Shown here in pieces: positions 23,719 through 36,999 of a stretch of DNA of 64,000 bases; within the stretch, counting starts at the first letter, position 1; each line of letters starts with the position of its first letter. The DNA comes from Bugula neritina (lineage: Eukaryota > Animalia > Bryozoa). The notes beneath the pieces were generated by a model. That model ran no database searches. It worked only from the letters and a program-made list of their open reading frames with translations, and was not told where the DNA came from. Location: assembly GCA_964035545.1 (NCBI GenBank), contig OZ037772.1:8673150-8737149 (forward strand), given 5' to 3'. Made by a program: the position numbers and the translations under genes.

Positions 23719-24630
23719 TTTGATGTAGGCTGCAAAAACAAGTAATTGTTGCCACAAGAAATAACAAAATTGTTGGTTTTCAATGGTAATTTTTCATCAG
23801 ACTATGAACTTTGTGACTAATCAAACACATTCACAATATTTTTTGTATTGCAGTTTTTTGACATCATTATAATTCATAAACTTGAATTAATTAAAACTAT
23901 TAGCTGTGACAATAAGTAGGTTAAGTAACCATACAGTCTTCAAACCACGATAGACTCAATTTTAACTGCAGTAAAACACATAGGCCTACTGCGCATGCTA
24001 TGCTTGTGTTATGCTCTAGTGTATCTCTCACTCTCTCTCTCTCCCTCCCTCCCTCCTTCCCTTCCCTCCCTCCGCGCGCGTGCGTGCGCGTGAGCGCGTG
24101 TGTGTTGTGTGTGTGTTTGTATGTTTTGTATGTTGTAGGTGTGTTTGTGGATCCTTGTAAATTGTCATAATTATCAAAAACAGTAACAATTAAGACATAA
24201 AAAGTTATTGCAGTGATAAGCAACTTAAATATTATGTATTAAATTAAATACTTACTTGTTCGGTTATATTGAAATCAATATCATTTACTACGCTGTTCTG
24301 ACTACTATAGGTAAGGTACATAAACTGTTAGTCTAATCATCACGGAGCACTTCCACCTTGACTTGTACTACATTTCACTACTGTTTCACTATTGTAATGC
24401 CAACAAATGGCATCATATTGAGCCACAATCTCATTTATCATAGATTGTATAGTGCCTTTGTTCTCTTGTTGGTTATACAAAGCAAGACTAATAGTAGATG
24501 TATTTAATGGAAAGTAAAGGTGCAGCTATAGCTATACAACCAAGTTATTCAATAGCTTAACAAACTGATCAATGGGCTATACAAATAATACAATGTGGAA
24601 ATTCCAAGCAAGTGAAAACTGTCCTTTTTA

Positions 24631-24973
24631 GCCTAGGGCCACACTGTGCGTATTTTCGCATGCGAAAATTAAAATCACGAGTAGCAAAGGTGTCCACTGT
24701 AGCGTCAGTGATGCGTGGTAAATAAAGCTTTCATTTTTAAATCGCACTCGCTTTCAATAAAACGCAATTTACTGGAATATAGCACTAAATAAAAAAATTG
24801 GGCTCGCTGAATAGCTACCAGCCAATTAGGTGACGACGACAGAGACGATTCGCACTTGCGTTGAAAATGCAGAGCGACAAGTGCGAAGGTTTTCTCAACG
24901 CGCACAGTGTACACCTTTGCTACTTGTGATTTCAATTTTCGCATGCGAAAATACGCATCGTGTGGCCCTAGGC
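24631..24973. mobile_element. PIF/Harbinger MITE, same family, opposite orientation
   Basis: Same TIRs; TTA target-site duplication (24628-24630 / 24974-24976); ~21 bp longer internally than the 14848 copy. Absent at the matching site near 36280. Confidence 0.9.
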
Positions 24974-24979
24974 TTACAA

Positions 24980-25505
<526 letters not shown>

Positions 25506-25554
25506 TTCTACTTAGTAGGCAGTAGCACATGTATTCAAATTGTCTCTATTTCAG

Positions 25555-28500
25555 AAAATGGTCATGTGGACCAACCCACGCAATTGTCTTTTATTATTTC
25601 TGGCCTCAAAGAGCAGACGACTTACAATGTTGGCATATGTGCTGCAACATGTAAAGGCAAAGGTCCTAAAGCTAATATAGACTGTGTTACTGCTGATTTA
25701 GGTAAGCTAAAAATTTAATTAAAAAGTTTAGTAAAATATAGAAAAAGCTTTAAATTTCTTTTAATCTGCAGCAAACATTTTACAAGGCATTTGTGTTAGT
25801 GATTTATAATAATATAGAAATATATAATATCCTGTATACTGGGTTTTGGAAACTTGCCACATTTTATTAGCTCATGTGAAAGTAATTGAAAAGCATTTGA
25901 ACTTTCTACTGGTAAATAGACTTCTATAGTTGATGTATTTAATTGACAATACTTTCCTTTTGAATATTCTAGTAAACCAAGTATTTCCCCAAAAGTCTGT
26001 GTCACAAAGTCATATAAGTTGCTACATGTAGCTTAAAGTGATACTTTGTTGTCATGTTGCTAGGTGACCACTGTCCTAGTAAGCCCTCGCTAAGCATTAT
26101 GGGTAGAAGTGAGATTAATGTCACATGGAATCCTCCTCAAGTCCTACTGGGCAGGATAACTCAGTACGACGTCTCAAGTAACGGCAAAGTCTTTTACTCG
26201 GGCACTGATCTCCACTGCACTGCTCGACATCTTCAGCCAAATACCGAATACACTTTCGTGGTGAGCAGAAAATGTGTATCTGTGATGCTGTTTTATTTAT
26301 AATGTTTATTTTGTTGAAGACTTTGTGCAGTCTAACCCACTTTTTGAAACTGGGTCAAATAAAATAAGCAGTTATTTTACAAAGTTACAGTTTGATCTTA
26401 CTTTTTGATCTGTATACGTTAAGCTTACTCTTTGGTATGTGAGTTAAGATTTTCTTATTGACCATGTATTCAGTTTTAATTTTCCATATAATAGAGTTGT
26501 GTTACCAACTCTGCATTAGATAGAGATGCGGAGAATTCAATGTTGCCTCAGACTTTGTGTTTTATAGGTCACAGTCATTACTAATGAAGGTCCCTTGGAT
26601 AGCAAGCCAGCCAAAAAGAGAACTGCCAAAGATGAATGTAAGTAATACTGATTTGTTGCCAAGTTAAACCAAACCTCTGGCTGTCTCTATGCATCGTTGA
26701 AATATATTATGTACTTACTATAATATAGTAATCATTACATTATGTAACTAAACTATACTGTGATTCATTATACAAAAAACTCACGAAAGTTTAGAGTTAC
26801 CATCCCTGTGAGAAAACGCTGATGGAAGAGATTTTTAAATCAGGCTATGGGCTTATTAAGATGAGACACAGGAGCAATTATGACTGGATGCTCTTCCTAA
26901 CATCACCAATGGCCTTTACTGGGGTTCGAACCCATGACTTTGGGTTTACTAGACCAAACTCTCTAACCTCTAGACCACGGCTGCTTTATTTCCTATTTAT
27001 AGTTGAATAATATTTGATTCAGACGACTGTCAGAGACTCCCGCTCTACGTTCCTCCTCAGAAGAAGGACGACAGCAGAAATGACCTTGACACGGTCCCGC
27101 AGAGTTCGTACAAAAAGAGGAGGAAAAAGTTACCTTTGAACAGCCGGGATAAGCCCGCCTCTACCACTAAGCTGAGAGTCACCAAGGTGGGTGATGGAAC
27201 TGAAAACTTCCGTGTTTCTAAACTGAAGTGTTTCTAAACTATTAACGTAGCTGGAAGCATTGGTTATAATATTAATCAGTGAATATATCAAATCGGAAGT
27301 ATATCTTTAAATGCTACAATGTTTCACATGTATTATGGACTAATATAACAGTCTTGTATGGTGTCATTGAGAGTTATAGTGATATTTCACTAGTCATGTT
27401 ATTCTATTGTAGAAGCTCTCTCTCACTAATGACCTGGTCACTGATGCTTCCAAACTTGTTGGATCAGGTTAGGATAACTCCTAAATAATAAATTTTATTT
27501 CCTTCTGTGTGTTGCATACTTAAGATTAAGCTTTTTCAGTATATTATTTATTGCCTACGTTTAAACATTTAAGTTCTGAGTTTCAGGTTCGAAATAAAAT
27601 TGATGAGTTTTCTTTTTTCTCCTAATGGTTAGCCTTGAGATTTAGAGTTTGTGTTGTAATATTGCTGCAGGTTCTCCAACCGTCCCAACCTCCGACAGTT
27701 CTGTTTCCTCTGAATCCCAGTCTACTGTCAACCACATGTCATCTACTGACTATCAGTCAACTAGACTTAGGACCAGCTCTCTCAACTCCTCAACTCCTTT
27801 TAATACCAAACCACCCTCTCATATCAAGACTTTCTGCGGGACGTCTACTAAACCTGCCAAAGAATCTTTCTACTATCCGCACAGCTCTGACGAATGCATA
27901 TTCAAGACCTCCAGCAACAAAGAGCTGATAGCAGCGTTTCTTACCAATCAGTCCATCAACTCCGTTTCTAGTCGTAACAATCCTCTCTGCCACCATCGTA
28001 GCTCCGTACCCGATGAGTCAGACAAGCTGACCCGCACGCTGTCTAATCTGAGCATGGTGAACATTGAACCAGCGCTGCCGGCCAGTCTGCAGCAGCACAG
28101 GTCGTCTACGTTCGTCTCTCAGAGAAGGGCTGGCATCAACTCACTGAAGAATCAGTATACTACAGTCAGTAAACCTGCATTCTCTCTGGAAATGATTCTA
28201 GTTGCACTTTGTATTAGCTTTATTTAACACTGTACTGTTTTAGTTAGTTTGAAAAATACTAGATTCTGTGCTCTTTCCTTAATGAAGCTAATACGATCTC
28301 ATATACATTATATGCCTGTAACCTACTGCCATTATGAAAATTGTGAATGGATTTTAAATTAAAACCCTGACTCTAGCTAGCCATTGATTTTTGGATATAT
28401 TAATCTTTCAGTTAAATGATTTTAATTACAAATAAAGAAAATAACATGTGATAATGGTTGCTAAGGCAATAGATGCTGCATGGGTCCACATGTTATTTTC

Positions 28501-28667
28501 TTTATATTTCAGCATTTCAAAATTATCAATGTTTATTGTTTCAGGTGACTCATGGCAATGGTGCCTCCTTCACCATGGAGCTTCCTTCCGGTAGAATCTC
28601 TCAACAATCTTCTCAATCCGGACCTTTCTCCACTGGCAATTTGCCAGCCAGCAGTGTCAAGCCGTGA
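25555..28667 (+). pseudogene. Duplicated 3' half of the ARM-FN3 gene (7 exons, no 5' exons); frames and splice sites intact, so it could be an alternative 3' module or an allelic copy
   Basis: Exons 25555-25701, 26064-26260, 26568-26637, 27023-27186, 27413-27467, 27671-28164, 28545-28667 have the same lengths as 13686-17291 (147, 197, 70, 164, 55, 494, 123). It begins mid-FN3 in phase 1 with no ATG exon. Confidence 0.7.
26795..26984 (-). mobile_element. tRNA-derived SINE (family 1), duplicate of 15445-15632
   Basis: Essentially identical to the 15445 copy. Confidence 0.8.
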
Positions 28668-28789
28668 CACATCATATTCTCGAGTGAGTGACAAGAATGA
28701 ACAGGTTGTTGTAGTGTCAAGATTTCCACAAGGAAATTAAAAACTGAAGCGCTCAAAGATTACTAAGTTTTTTGAGCTAGATTCTAAAG

Positions 28790-29008
28790 CAGGGGTGGGC
28801 AACTGGGAGGCCCCAGGGCCACCTGTGACCTTTTGCCTGTTTTTAGTGGGTCTTTTAATGCTCAAGATAAGTAAAATCTGTTATATACATTGGTTTGATG
28901 ACAAATTATTTAATTATAATAAAATTTTATATCTGTACAATCATGTAGCCATTAATTTTGGCTGACTTCTGAACTTGGCCCTTATGCAAAGGAAGTTGTC
29001 CACCCCTG
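28790..29008. mobile_element. hAT (Charlie-like) MITE, duplicated copy of 17412-17630
   Basis: Same TIRs; TSD ttctaaag / ctctagag; inserted before the duplication. Confidence 0.8.
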
Positions 29009-29660
29009 CTCTAGAGATTTCTTCTTTGTCAATGTTACTGTAGCTGATGATGGTTACTTGGTGAACAGAATTGTCTTCTCTTGATAAAATTATTTGTATT
29101 GTAGAATTGGCATTTGTCAAAGATATGAAACAACATTGCTCAATACAGGATACTTAGAACTTCGTTAAAGGAATGGAAGCCTACACTATATCTTTAATGA
29201 TTCAAACTCTACCAGTTGTTGCTATCTCAATCTATAAAATATATTGGATGTTTTAGCATTGATATTGTCATGTTGTTAGTTAATATCAACTTAAAATAAA
29301 TTATCCTATTTCCATGCATATATGTAAATAACCTTGCCATTTAATGGAGTAAAATAGATATATGTATTAGTGATTTTCTATTGAATATTAGAGCAATTTT
29401 GTGAAAATAGGACTTTAACAAAGCTTAATAAAACAGCAATGTATGACTAGAGAATAATGACTGTGGCTATTTGTTTATGGCTGGCAAATAAAGAGTGTTT
29501 GAAAACATTTTAATCCATATTCTACTTAATTTCAATCAGCAACCTAATTTCTAAAGTGTTGGCAGCCAGTAAAAAATAAGACAGCAGGGCTGTCAGAAAA
29601 GTTTGTCCCATCTTTGTCTATAGTAAAAATTAGTCTTAGTAAAAATAAGCACCATTTAAT

Positions 29661-32243
29661 TTAGCTACAAGAGGGTAAAACATCAATAAACACCTGTTTA
29701 CTGTTTCTATTCACAGAGTAACACAGGTTAAAGCATTGTTTAGATTGAAACTTCTCTCTCATTACTCCAGCTACATCTGTTAGCAGATCAACTAGTTCTA
29801 CTCTCTGTACAGATGGAGAAGCACCTTCTAGCAGCAGCAATCTTTGTAGATACTCACTATACACCTTTACGGGTGGCTCAGCGTCATTTAATATGTTGTC
29901 TATAGACACAGTAGGTTGATAGGGCCCACTGTTAGTAAGTTGAGAGAGGTAGTCGGAGAAATATTTAAAAAACTTTCCAGCTTTTGATCTAAAAACATAA
30001 AAATAGTTACTTTAAAAAACTGCAGTTACAAAATAAATTTCCATTCAAGTTTAGAAAACTAACAAAGGATGCATGCTTGCAAAATCAAAAGGAGTGAGGT
30101 GTGGCATTCTAAATGCCCACCTGCTGAAATGTGGCATAGCTCCTGCTGATTCATGTCATACTCACCTGCTGACATTTGGCATAACCTTCTGCTGATTCAT
30201 GTCATACTCGTCTGCTGACATTTGGCATAACCTCCTGCTGATTCATGTCATACTCACTTGCTGACATTTGGCAAACATACCGGTTTACACGTTTCGTACC
30301 CATGTGGTATACTCACCTGCTATCATATCCTACACCCACCTGCTGACATGTGCCACACCCACCTGCTATCAGGCAAAGTTGTAAAACAGACATAGCAGTC
30401 TGCTGGGAGATCCAAAGGTTGGAATGTCGACCTTTTCCACTCTTCTTCTTTCTCTGTGTCAGGTAATACTTGCTCTGTTGGCTTGTAAAGAAGTTCTATC
30501 TCATTCTCTGGCCAAGGAAACTCATTGCTAGATTCAAAACTATGAGGAGCTCTGTTATATATGGCTGAAATATCTCCTCTGCAGCAGGATAGGAATAGTA
30601 GCTGTAATGAGGGAAATTTGAGTGAAAGACGGAAGCACCAACTGAAAGGTACACAGTTTAATTCACGCAAATAGTCATCATCCCTGCATGTGAGAGACCC
30701 CTGATGGAAAGGGGCTCTTTGTTAAATTGGGCTAAAGTCTTATTCAGACCGGTGACTGCATGGATGCTTTTCCTAACATCACCAATGGCCTTTATTGGGT
30801 TTGAACCCATGACTCCGTGCTTACTAAGCAAAAGCTCTAACCCGTAGACCAAAAATGCTTCCTATACACAATTAAAAGGTATTTAAAAATGCAATACAAA
30901 AACAGTACTCAAAGTATTTATTCCAAAGATCGTTATAAAGCACAATCCAACCAATTACATGAGCTGTACAAATGTTTAGTGTTTTATAATTATCTAAATG
31001 AAATATTATTTCAATGATAAATTTGAGTAATTGACGATTACCTTTGGAATGGCTGTGACTTGACCTGAATTAAAGGTGTTGACCACTTCCTGTGTGGAGC
31101 ATTTAGAAACTCCATCGTGTCCATAAATCATACCATCCTTGCCATGGGAAAAGACAACCAAGGCAGCTAGTGACTCATGCCCTTCTGATTTGGAGTACTG
31201 ATATATAGAACTCAGCATTTCTTCTGCTGACAAATCTTGTTTCACTTCAACCTAGATTAATATTCAGGGATATGAGAAAAATGTAATATGCGCTTCTTGG
31301 AATGTCTTTTTAAACTTTGTTTTGTGATTATTATGTGTATACAAACTTTTATTAACCTATTTATAAGTTTTTATATCTCAAAATTCAAAAGTACAGAATA
31401 TCTTAGCACATATATAAAGGTAATACTCACAGAAAATCTCAAATGGTTAGTAAAAATCTTTTGAGCATGTGCAAGGGCTTCTTTTCGGAGCTGAGAGATC
31501 AACTTCTCACTATCAGATGGGGTATCAGACAGCCCTAAGTTATTGCAGATGATTAAAGCTTTTCCTCTCTTTTCTTTGCTGGTATAAAAAGTTGCTACAT
31601 CCTGTTCAATTGTTCCAGCTAGTTCTTTTTCAGCATCTCTATTAGCTTCATCATAAGCTGGATTCCGAACAACTTGACTGGATGGTTCAATTGCTACTAA
31701 TCTATGAGTGTCTGTCAAATACTTAGTGTCATCTGCTAAGAATTCATTTTCATCTCGGACAAATCTCTTGTTTAGAGTTGAGTTTACATCTATCTGTTGC
31801 ACGTTGGGGTTACAGCTAAGTGCGACAATCAAATCGTGTATAGATTTGTAGCTCTTCATATCCGGTATTTGTCTTCTGAAATGTAGAGAAACAAGAATTT
31901 TTAATGTATATAATATATTAAACTGCATACTTAAGAGTACAATGATTTAGATATATTGCAGCAAAGCATTGCTATGTCATTTTTATATGTAAAGCATTTT
32001 ATGTAAAGCCTTGTTTTATTATTTCTATACTAATACATACTATACTTTTCTCACCTATTCTCACCTACCCTGCTTTGTACTGTGCATGGGTAGCGGTAAT
32101 TCTATACTATTTCTATGTTGACTGCATACTGCTGTAACATGTATTGCTACACCCTTTCTATTCTAAAATATTGCTGTTGAGCATTTCTATGCTAAATTTT
32201 CTATGATAACACATTGTTGTAACACATTGCTTATATATACTGT

Positions 32244-32333
<90 letters not shown>

Positions 32334-35300
32334 ACTAACACATTGCTGTAACACATTGCTATGCTATTTCTATGCCAAAACATTGCTGCAACACATGCTA
32401 TACCTTGTATAACCTCTGCTGTATTTTACAGAAAGTATCAAATAGTCAGGACCAGGGGGCATAAAGTAAAGACCTTCATCAGCAGCTGACATTTGTATTA
32501 CTGCTATCTAAAATACGACCAAAAACTTTCTTTATATTGAAATTGAAGCATTAGGCTTTATTGTATTTGATCAGCAGTAGTTACTAAATAAAACCAGCTT
32601 GTAGGTCTTACAATTATTAGACGTGCCATCACAGAGAGAAATATTAATGTTAGAGTGAACATTAGCTGACAACTGATCATGCATGCTACATGGACAATAA
32701 AATGCTTTATGGACAACTTTATTGTATCAGATGCACTAATATTTCTCTTTGTGTAGGTTTTATACTAAGTAAATATTCAAAATGCTTGTCAAATAGTAAA
32801 ACAATAGTAAAACATGCACAAATTATAGGAATCCTATATAAAACCAAAAGAAAAACACAATTTAAAACCTTTTTTTATACAAGTGTGAAAGATTTTAATT
32901 GCACATGTCAGCATTTAAAATGCTTTTTGACACTTAAATTCCCTACCTTAGGCTTGCCACTGTATCCAGGTACATCCATTTCATTAAGGACAGTTTGTAT
33001 GTTTGGCTGTTTGGGCTCATCAACCTTGTCAGTGTCTACGGCAACGAACATGCAATCATCTTCAACTGGTGATGTCTAGCATGCAGAAAGATATTATTAA
33101 AGCTGAGTAAACCAATTTGATAGTACCTGCATGTATGTTAAATATAAAAACCATAAGAGAACATAAAAAGAATATGACAACATTTTGCATTTCTACAACG
33201 AGATCTCGTATGTTTTTACCCAAATTGCAAATCTGAAGTGCAAGAACAATCTTTAAATTCAAACTCCTGTTTGGAAATTTAAATTTATAGTTGTATTGTG
33301 CTAAAGTATTGCAGATGTAGTATATTAAAATGTCAAAATAAAATAAATTTCAAGGTTTCACATTCAAGTTTGAGAGCAAAGTCTTGAACTAAATTATAGT
33401 GATGCTGACAATAAAATGCTGAGAATAAAAAGATCTAGTGAATTTATTTTAAAGTTTGTGCAAAAAGGCGAAATATGGAATTTATATCTACCAAAGCTTT
33501 TGACACTTCAGTTTCGTTCACAGAAGAGATGACAGTCTGTTGAATAGCAACAGCTGAAGAGAATAAGGTGTGTGAAGTTGTGTAGGCGAAGTCCAAAAGT
33601 GAGTATTCATTCAACGAGTACTTAAGCACTTTCAGAATAGTTTCATCGTATCTATATAGAGTTTCAGGGTGCTTCAATTGATTCTGAAACTCTTTTGAAT
33701 AAAAGAGTGTAATATGGCTAAATGCCGAGAGTAGAGTCTCGTTTGCATTGTTGCAGAGAATCTTTCTCATATAGAACTGTTCATGGAAACCTTTTTTCTT
33801 AATAATTTTTCTACAATCAACTAATTGTAAATTTTGTGAGTTTGCTATACTCTTCCTCCCTGATAAAGGAAGCTGCAATATAAAGTCAGCAAAAACTTTA
33901 GTGTCATACTTGGCAGCAACATAGTGAATTGGCGTGTTACCGTTTACATCAGGGTATATCAGATTCTTAACGTCGGCGTAATATAAATACTCTTGTAGTT
34001 CTGTATAGAGCTCTTTGAGAGATGATGAAAGAGCTGCCAGATGTAAAATGTTTTGGCGATGCTTGTTATGCTTTTGCATAAAGCTTCTGATTTTTTTAGC
34101 ATCGTAATTATCCTCCATGTATAGTAGAACTTCTCTTAAAGCGCTTGATCTTCCAAATTTGGTCAACATCAGAATTGGTGTGTTTCCATCAATCTCTTCA
34201 AGCAAAAATATTTTTTCCAGCAGTTCCGAGTTTCCCGCACCAAGAAGAATTTTAACAATGGTGGCATTATTTGCATAATGCAAAACTGTAGATCCATCAG
34301 CTGTTTGAGCAAACAGCAACTCTGCATCAATCTGAGATAAGTTACAGAAATACTCTACTACATCACTTCTACCTAGAAGTGATGCCATTTGCAATGCTGT
34401 TGTCTGAGACTTGTTAACAGAGAGCATAAAATCCATTTGTCTTTCTTTTCTGACAGAATTCACAAGTAACTTGGCTATTTCCCCATTAGCAACAAGATGT
34501 AGAGCTGTTTCACCAGACAAACTTTCCTTTAGAATCAGTTCATCGTCTGAATATAAACTACAGAGATACTGTACAACATCAGTTCTGCCAGAATAAGAAG
34601 CTGTATGTAGAGCTGTCAGTTGAGTTGTATCTGCTGAGTGTACGTAGTCTCTCTGTCTTTCTGGTGAAACTGTATCTACAAGTAACATGGCAACCTCTCT
34701 AGTTTTAGCAAAGAACAGAGCTGTGTCATTATGGCTGTTCTTCTTTAGTACCAGTTGCTCGCTCATTGGATGTAGACTACACAGATACTCAACTACGTCA
34801 GCTCTACCATCCTTGGCAGCTGTATGCAAAGCTGTGTACTGCTTCACATCTTCAGATAATACAAACTCTTCCTGCTTTTCAAACACCACTGAATCTACTA
34901 GCAGTTTAGCTATCCTTCTATTCTTGGCATAATGTAAAGCTTTCCACCCATTGATATCTTCTTTTGTCATGAGCACATCATGGTATGGACATAAACTACA
35001 AAGATATTTTACCACTTGATCTTTACCATCTTCAGCAGCTACGTGTAATGCTGTTCTCTGTTTAACATCAACTGCTAAGATGAAGTCTTCTTGTCTTGAT
35101 GGTTGAACTGATTGGACAAGAACTTCCGCTATTTCTCGGTTTTCAGCGTAGTGTAAAGTTGTCATGCCTGATTTGTCTCTTTTGAGTATCAGTTCATCAT
35201 CATTAGAATATAAACCACACAAGTACTCAACCACGTCAGTTGTACCAAAGACAGAGGCAGCGTGCAGAGCTGTACACTGATCAGCGTCAACAGAAAATAC

Positions 35301-35405
35301 AAAATCTCTTTGTTTCTCCTGTGGAACAGAGTTGACCAATGATTCCGCCATTGCTCGGTCTTCAGCATAATGTAAATCTGACCCAATGCGGGAAACACTA
35401 TCCAT
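29661..35405 (-). CDS. Ankyrin-repeat / pseudo-caspase / caspase fusion protein, copy B (~1122 aa)
   Basis: Exons (minus): 35405(ATG)-33492, 33075-32947, 32507-32404, 31875-31431, 31251-31042, 30601-30363, 29988-29661. Same exon sizes as copy A (129, 104, 445, 210, 239, 328) except the ankyrin exon (1914 vs 1896 nt). FSHG and SCCRG are intact. Confidence 0.88.
30678..30855 (-). mobile_element. tRNA-derived SINE (family 1)
   Basis: ggatgcttttcctaacatcaccaatggccttt..gggtttgaacccatgac. Confidence 0.7.
32247..32330. repeat. (TA)n microsatellite
   Basis: Expanded relative to the short TA run near 20735 in unit 1. Confidence 0.95.
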
Positions 35406-35709
35406 TTTTATGTTGGCTGCAAAAACAAGTTGTTGTAATGTTGTAATGCCTTTTTGCATCTTTGGTTTTCAATGGTAACTTTTCATCAGATCATGAAATT
35501 TGCCACTTATCAATACATTCACAATATTTTTTGTATTGCAGTTTTTGACATCATTAATTCATAATCCTCAATTGATTCAAAATATTAGCTGTGACACTAA
35601 GTAGCTTAAGTAACCATACAGTCTTCAAACCACGATAGACTTAATATCAATTGCTGCAAAAACACATATACTGGGCATGTTATGCTTGTGTTATGCTCTC
35701 TAATTCGTG

Positions 35710-35712
<3 letters not shown>

Positions 35713-35786
<74 letters not shown>
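35713..35786. repeat. (TG)n microsatellite
   Basis: Directly visible. Confidence 0.95.
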
Positions 35787-35789
<3 letters not shown>

Positions 35790-36815
35790 GTATGTGAGTG
35801 TGTGTGTTTGTAGATCCTTACAAATTGTCATAATTATCAAAAACAGTCACAATTAAGACATAAAAAGCTATTGCAGTAATAAGCAACCTGATTAATAGTA
35901 TATATCAAATTAGATACTTACTTGTTCAGTTATATTCAAATCAAGATTGTACACTATGCTGCTCTGATCACTATAAGTAAGGTGCATAAACTGTTAGTCT
36001 AATCATCACAAAATCCTTCCAACTTGACTTACACTACATTTCACTGCTGCTTCACTATTGTAATGCCAACAAATAACATCATATTGAGCCATGATCATAT
36101 TGCTAGTGGATTGTATAGTGCCTTTGTTCTCTTGTTAGTTATACAAAGCAAAACTAATAGTAGATATATGTAAGGGAAAGTAAAGGTGCAGCTACTTATG
36201 CAATAAAGTTATTCTATAGCCTAACAAACTGATCAATAGGCTATACAAATAATATAATGCAGGTAAAAACTGTCTTTTTGCAATTCAATTGCGAACATTA
36301 TTTTATAGAATAGGATTACATCAGATCTACAGAAACACAAAGAGTGTTTGTGTTTTCACTTTTTATATGTAAAACCTGGCTACTGTATTATTGTTCAATA
36401 GAAGTTGTCCTCCCCTTAGAGGGATGCTGAATTGAATCAATATAGTGTATAACTATAGAGGCAAAATTTTCATAGTAAAAAATAAACAATGAAAACAAAA
36501 GCCTTTGCCATGAAAGCGTTGCTTAAGTTAGTGCCCAGCTTGTTTTCACATTAGGACTATGGCTTAAACAACAAACCTCATGCATGCCAGTTTACAGTCA
36601 CTATCCATGTGGGCACTTGAAATAAATAAGAAGTTTTATATAAATGAGCTGAGGACTTATTCATAAGTGGAACAGAAAAAATTATGACTATTACAGATGC
36701 TCTTTCTGCCATCAGCGAGACTGATGTCAAAATTATACACTTATAGAATCACTTCTGAAATTAAAATCTTAAATAATTAAAAAATAATAGTTATTTATTA
36801 GTCATTTAAGCGGAG

Positions 36816-36945
36816 AGCAGCCGTGGCATGCATAGGGGTTAGAGCCTAGTAAACATGAAGTCATAGGTTCCAGAGCTAGCAAACAAAGGCCAATAGTGGG
36901 GATGTTAGGAAGAGCATCCAGTCATTATTGCTCCTGTGTATTACT
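36816..36945 (+). mobile_element. tRNA-derived SINE (family 1)
   Basis: gcagccgtgg..ggttagag..gatgttaggaagagcatccagtcattattgctcctgtg. Confidence 0.7.
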
Positions 36946-36999
36946 ATTCTAAATAGTTGATTTACAAAAGACGACGGGGAAATAAAGTACGAAAAGGAG

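Noticed and set aside
24631-24973. MITE as the cause of the segmental duplication
   Set aside because: Intact TTA TSD and homology continuing past the element show it inserted after, or independently of, the breakpoint.
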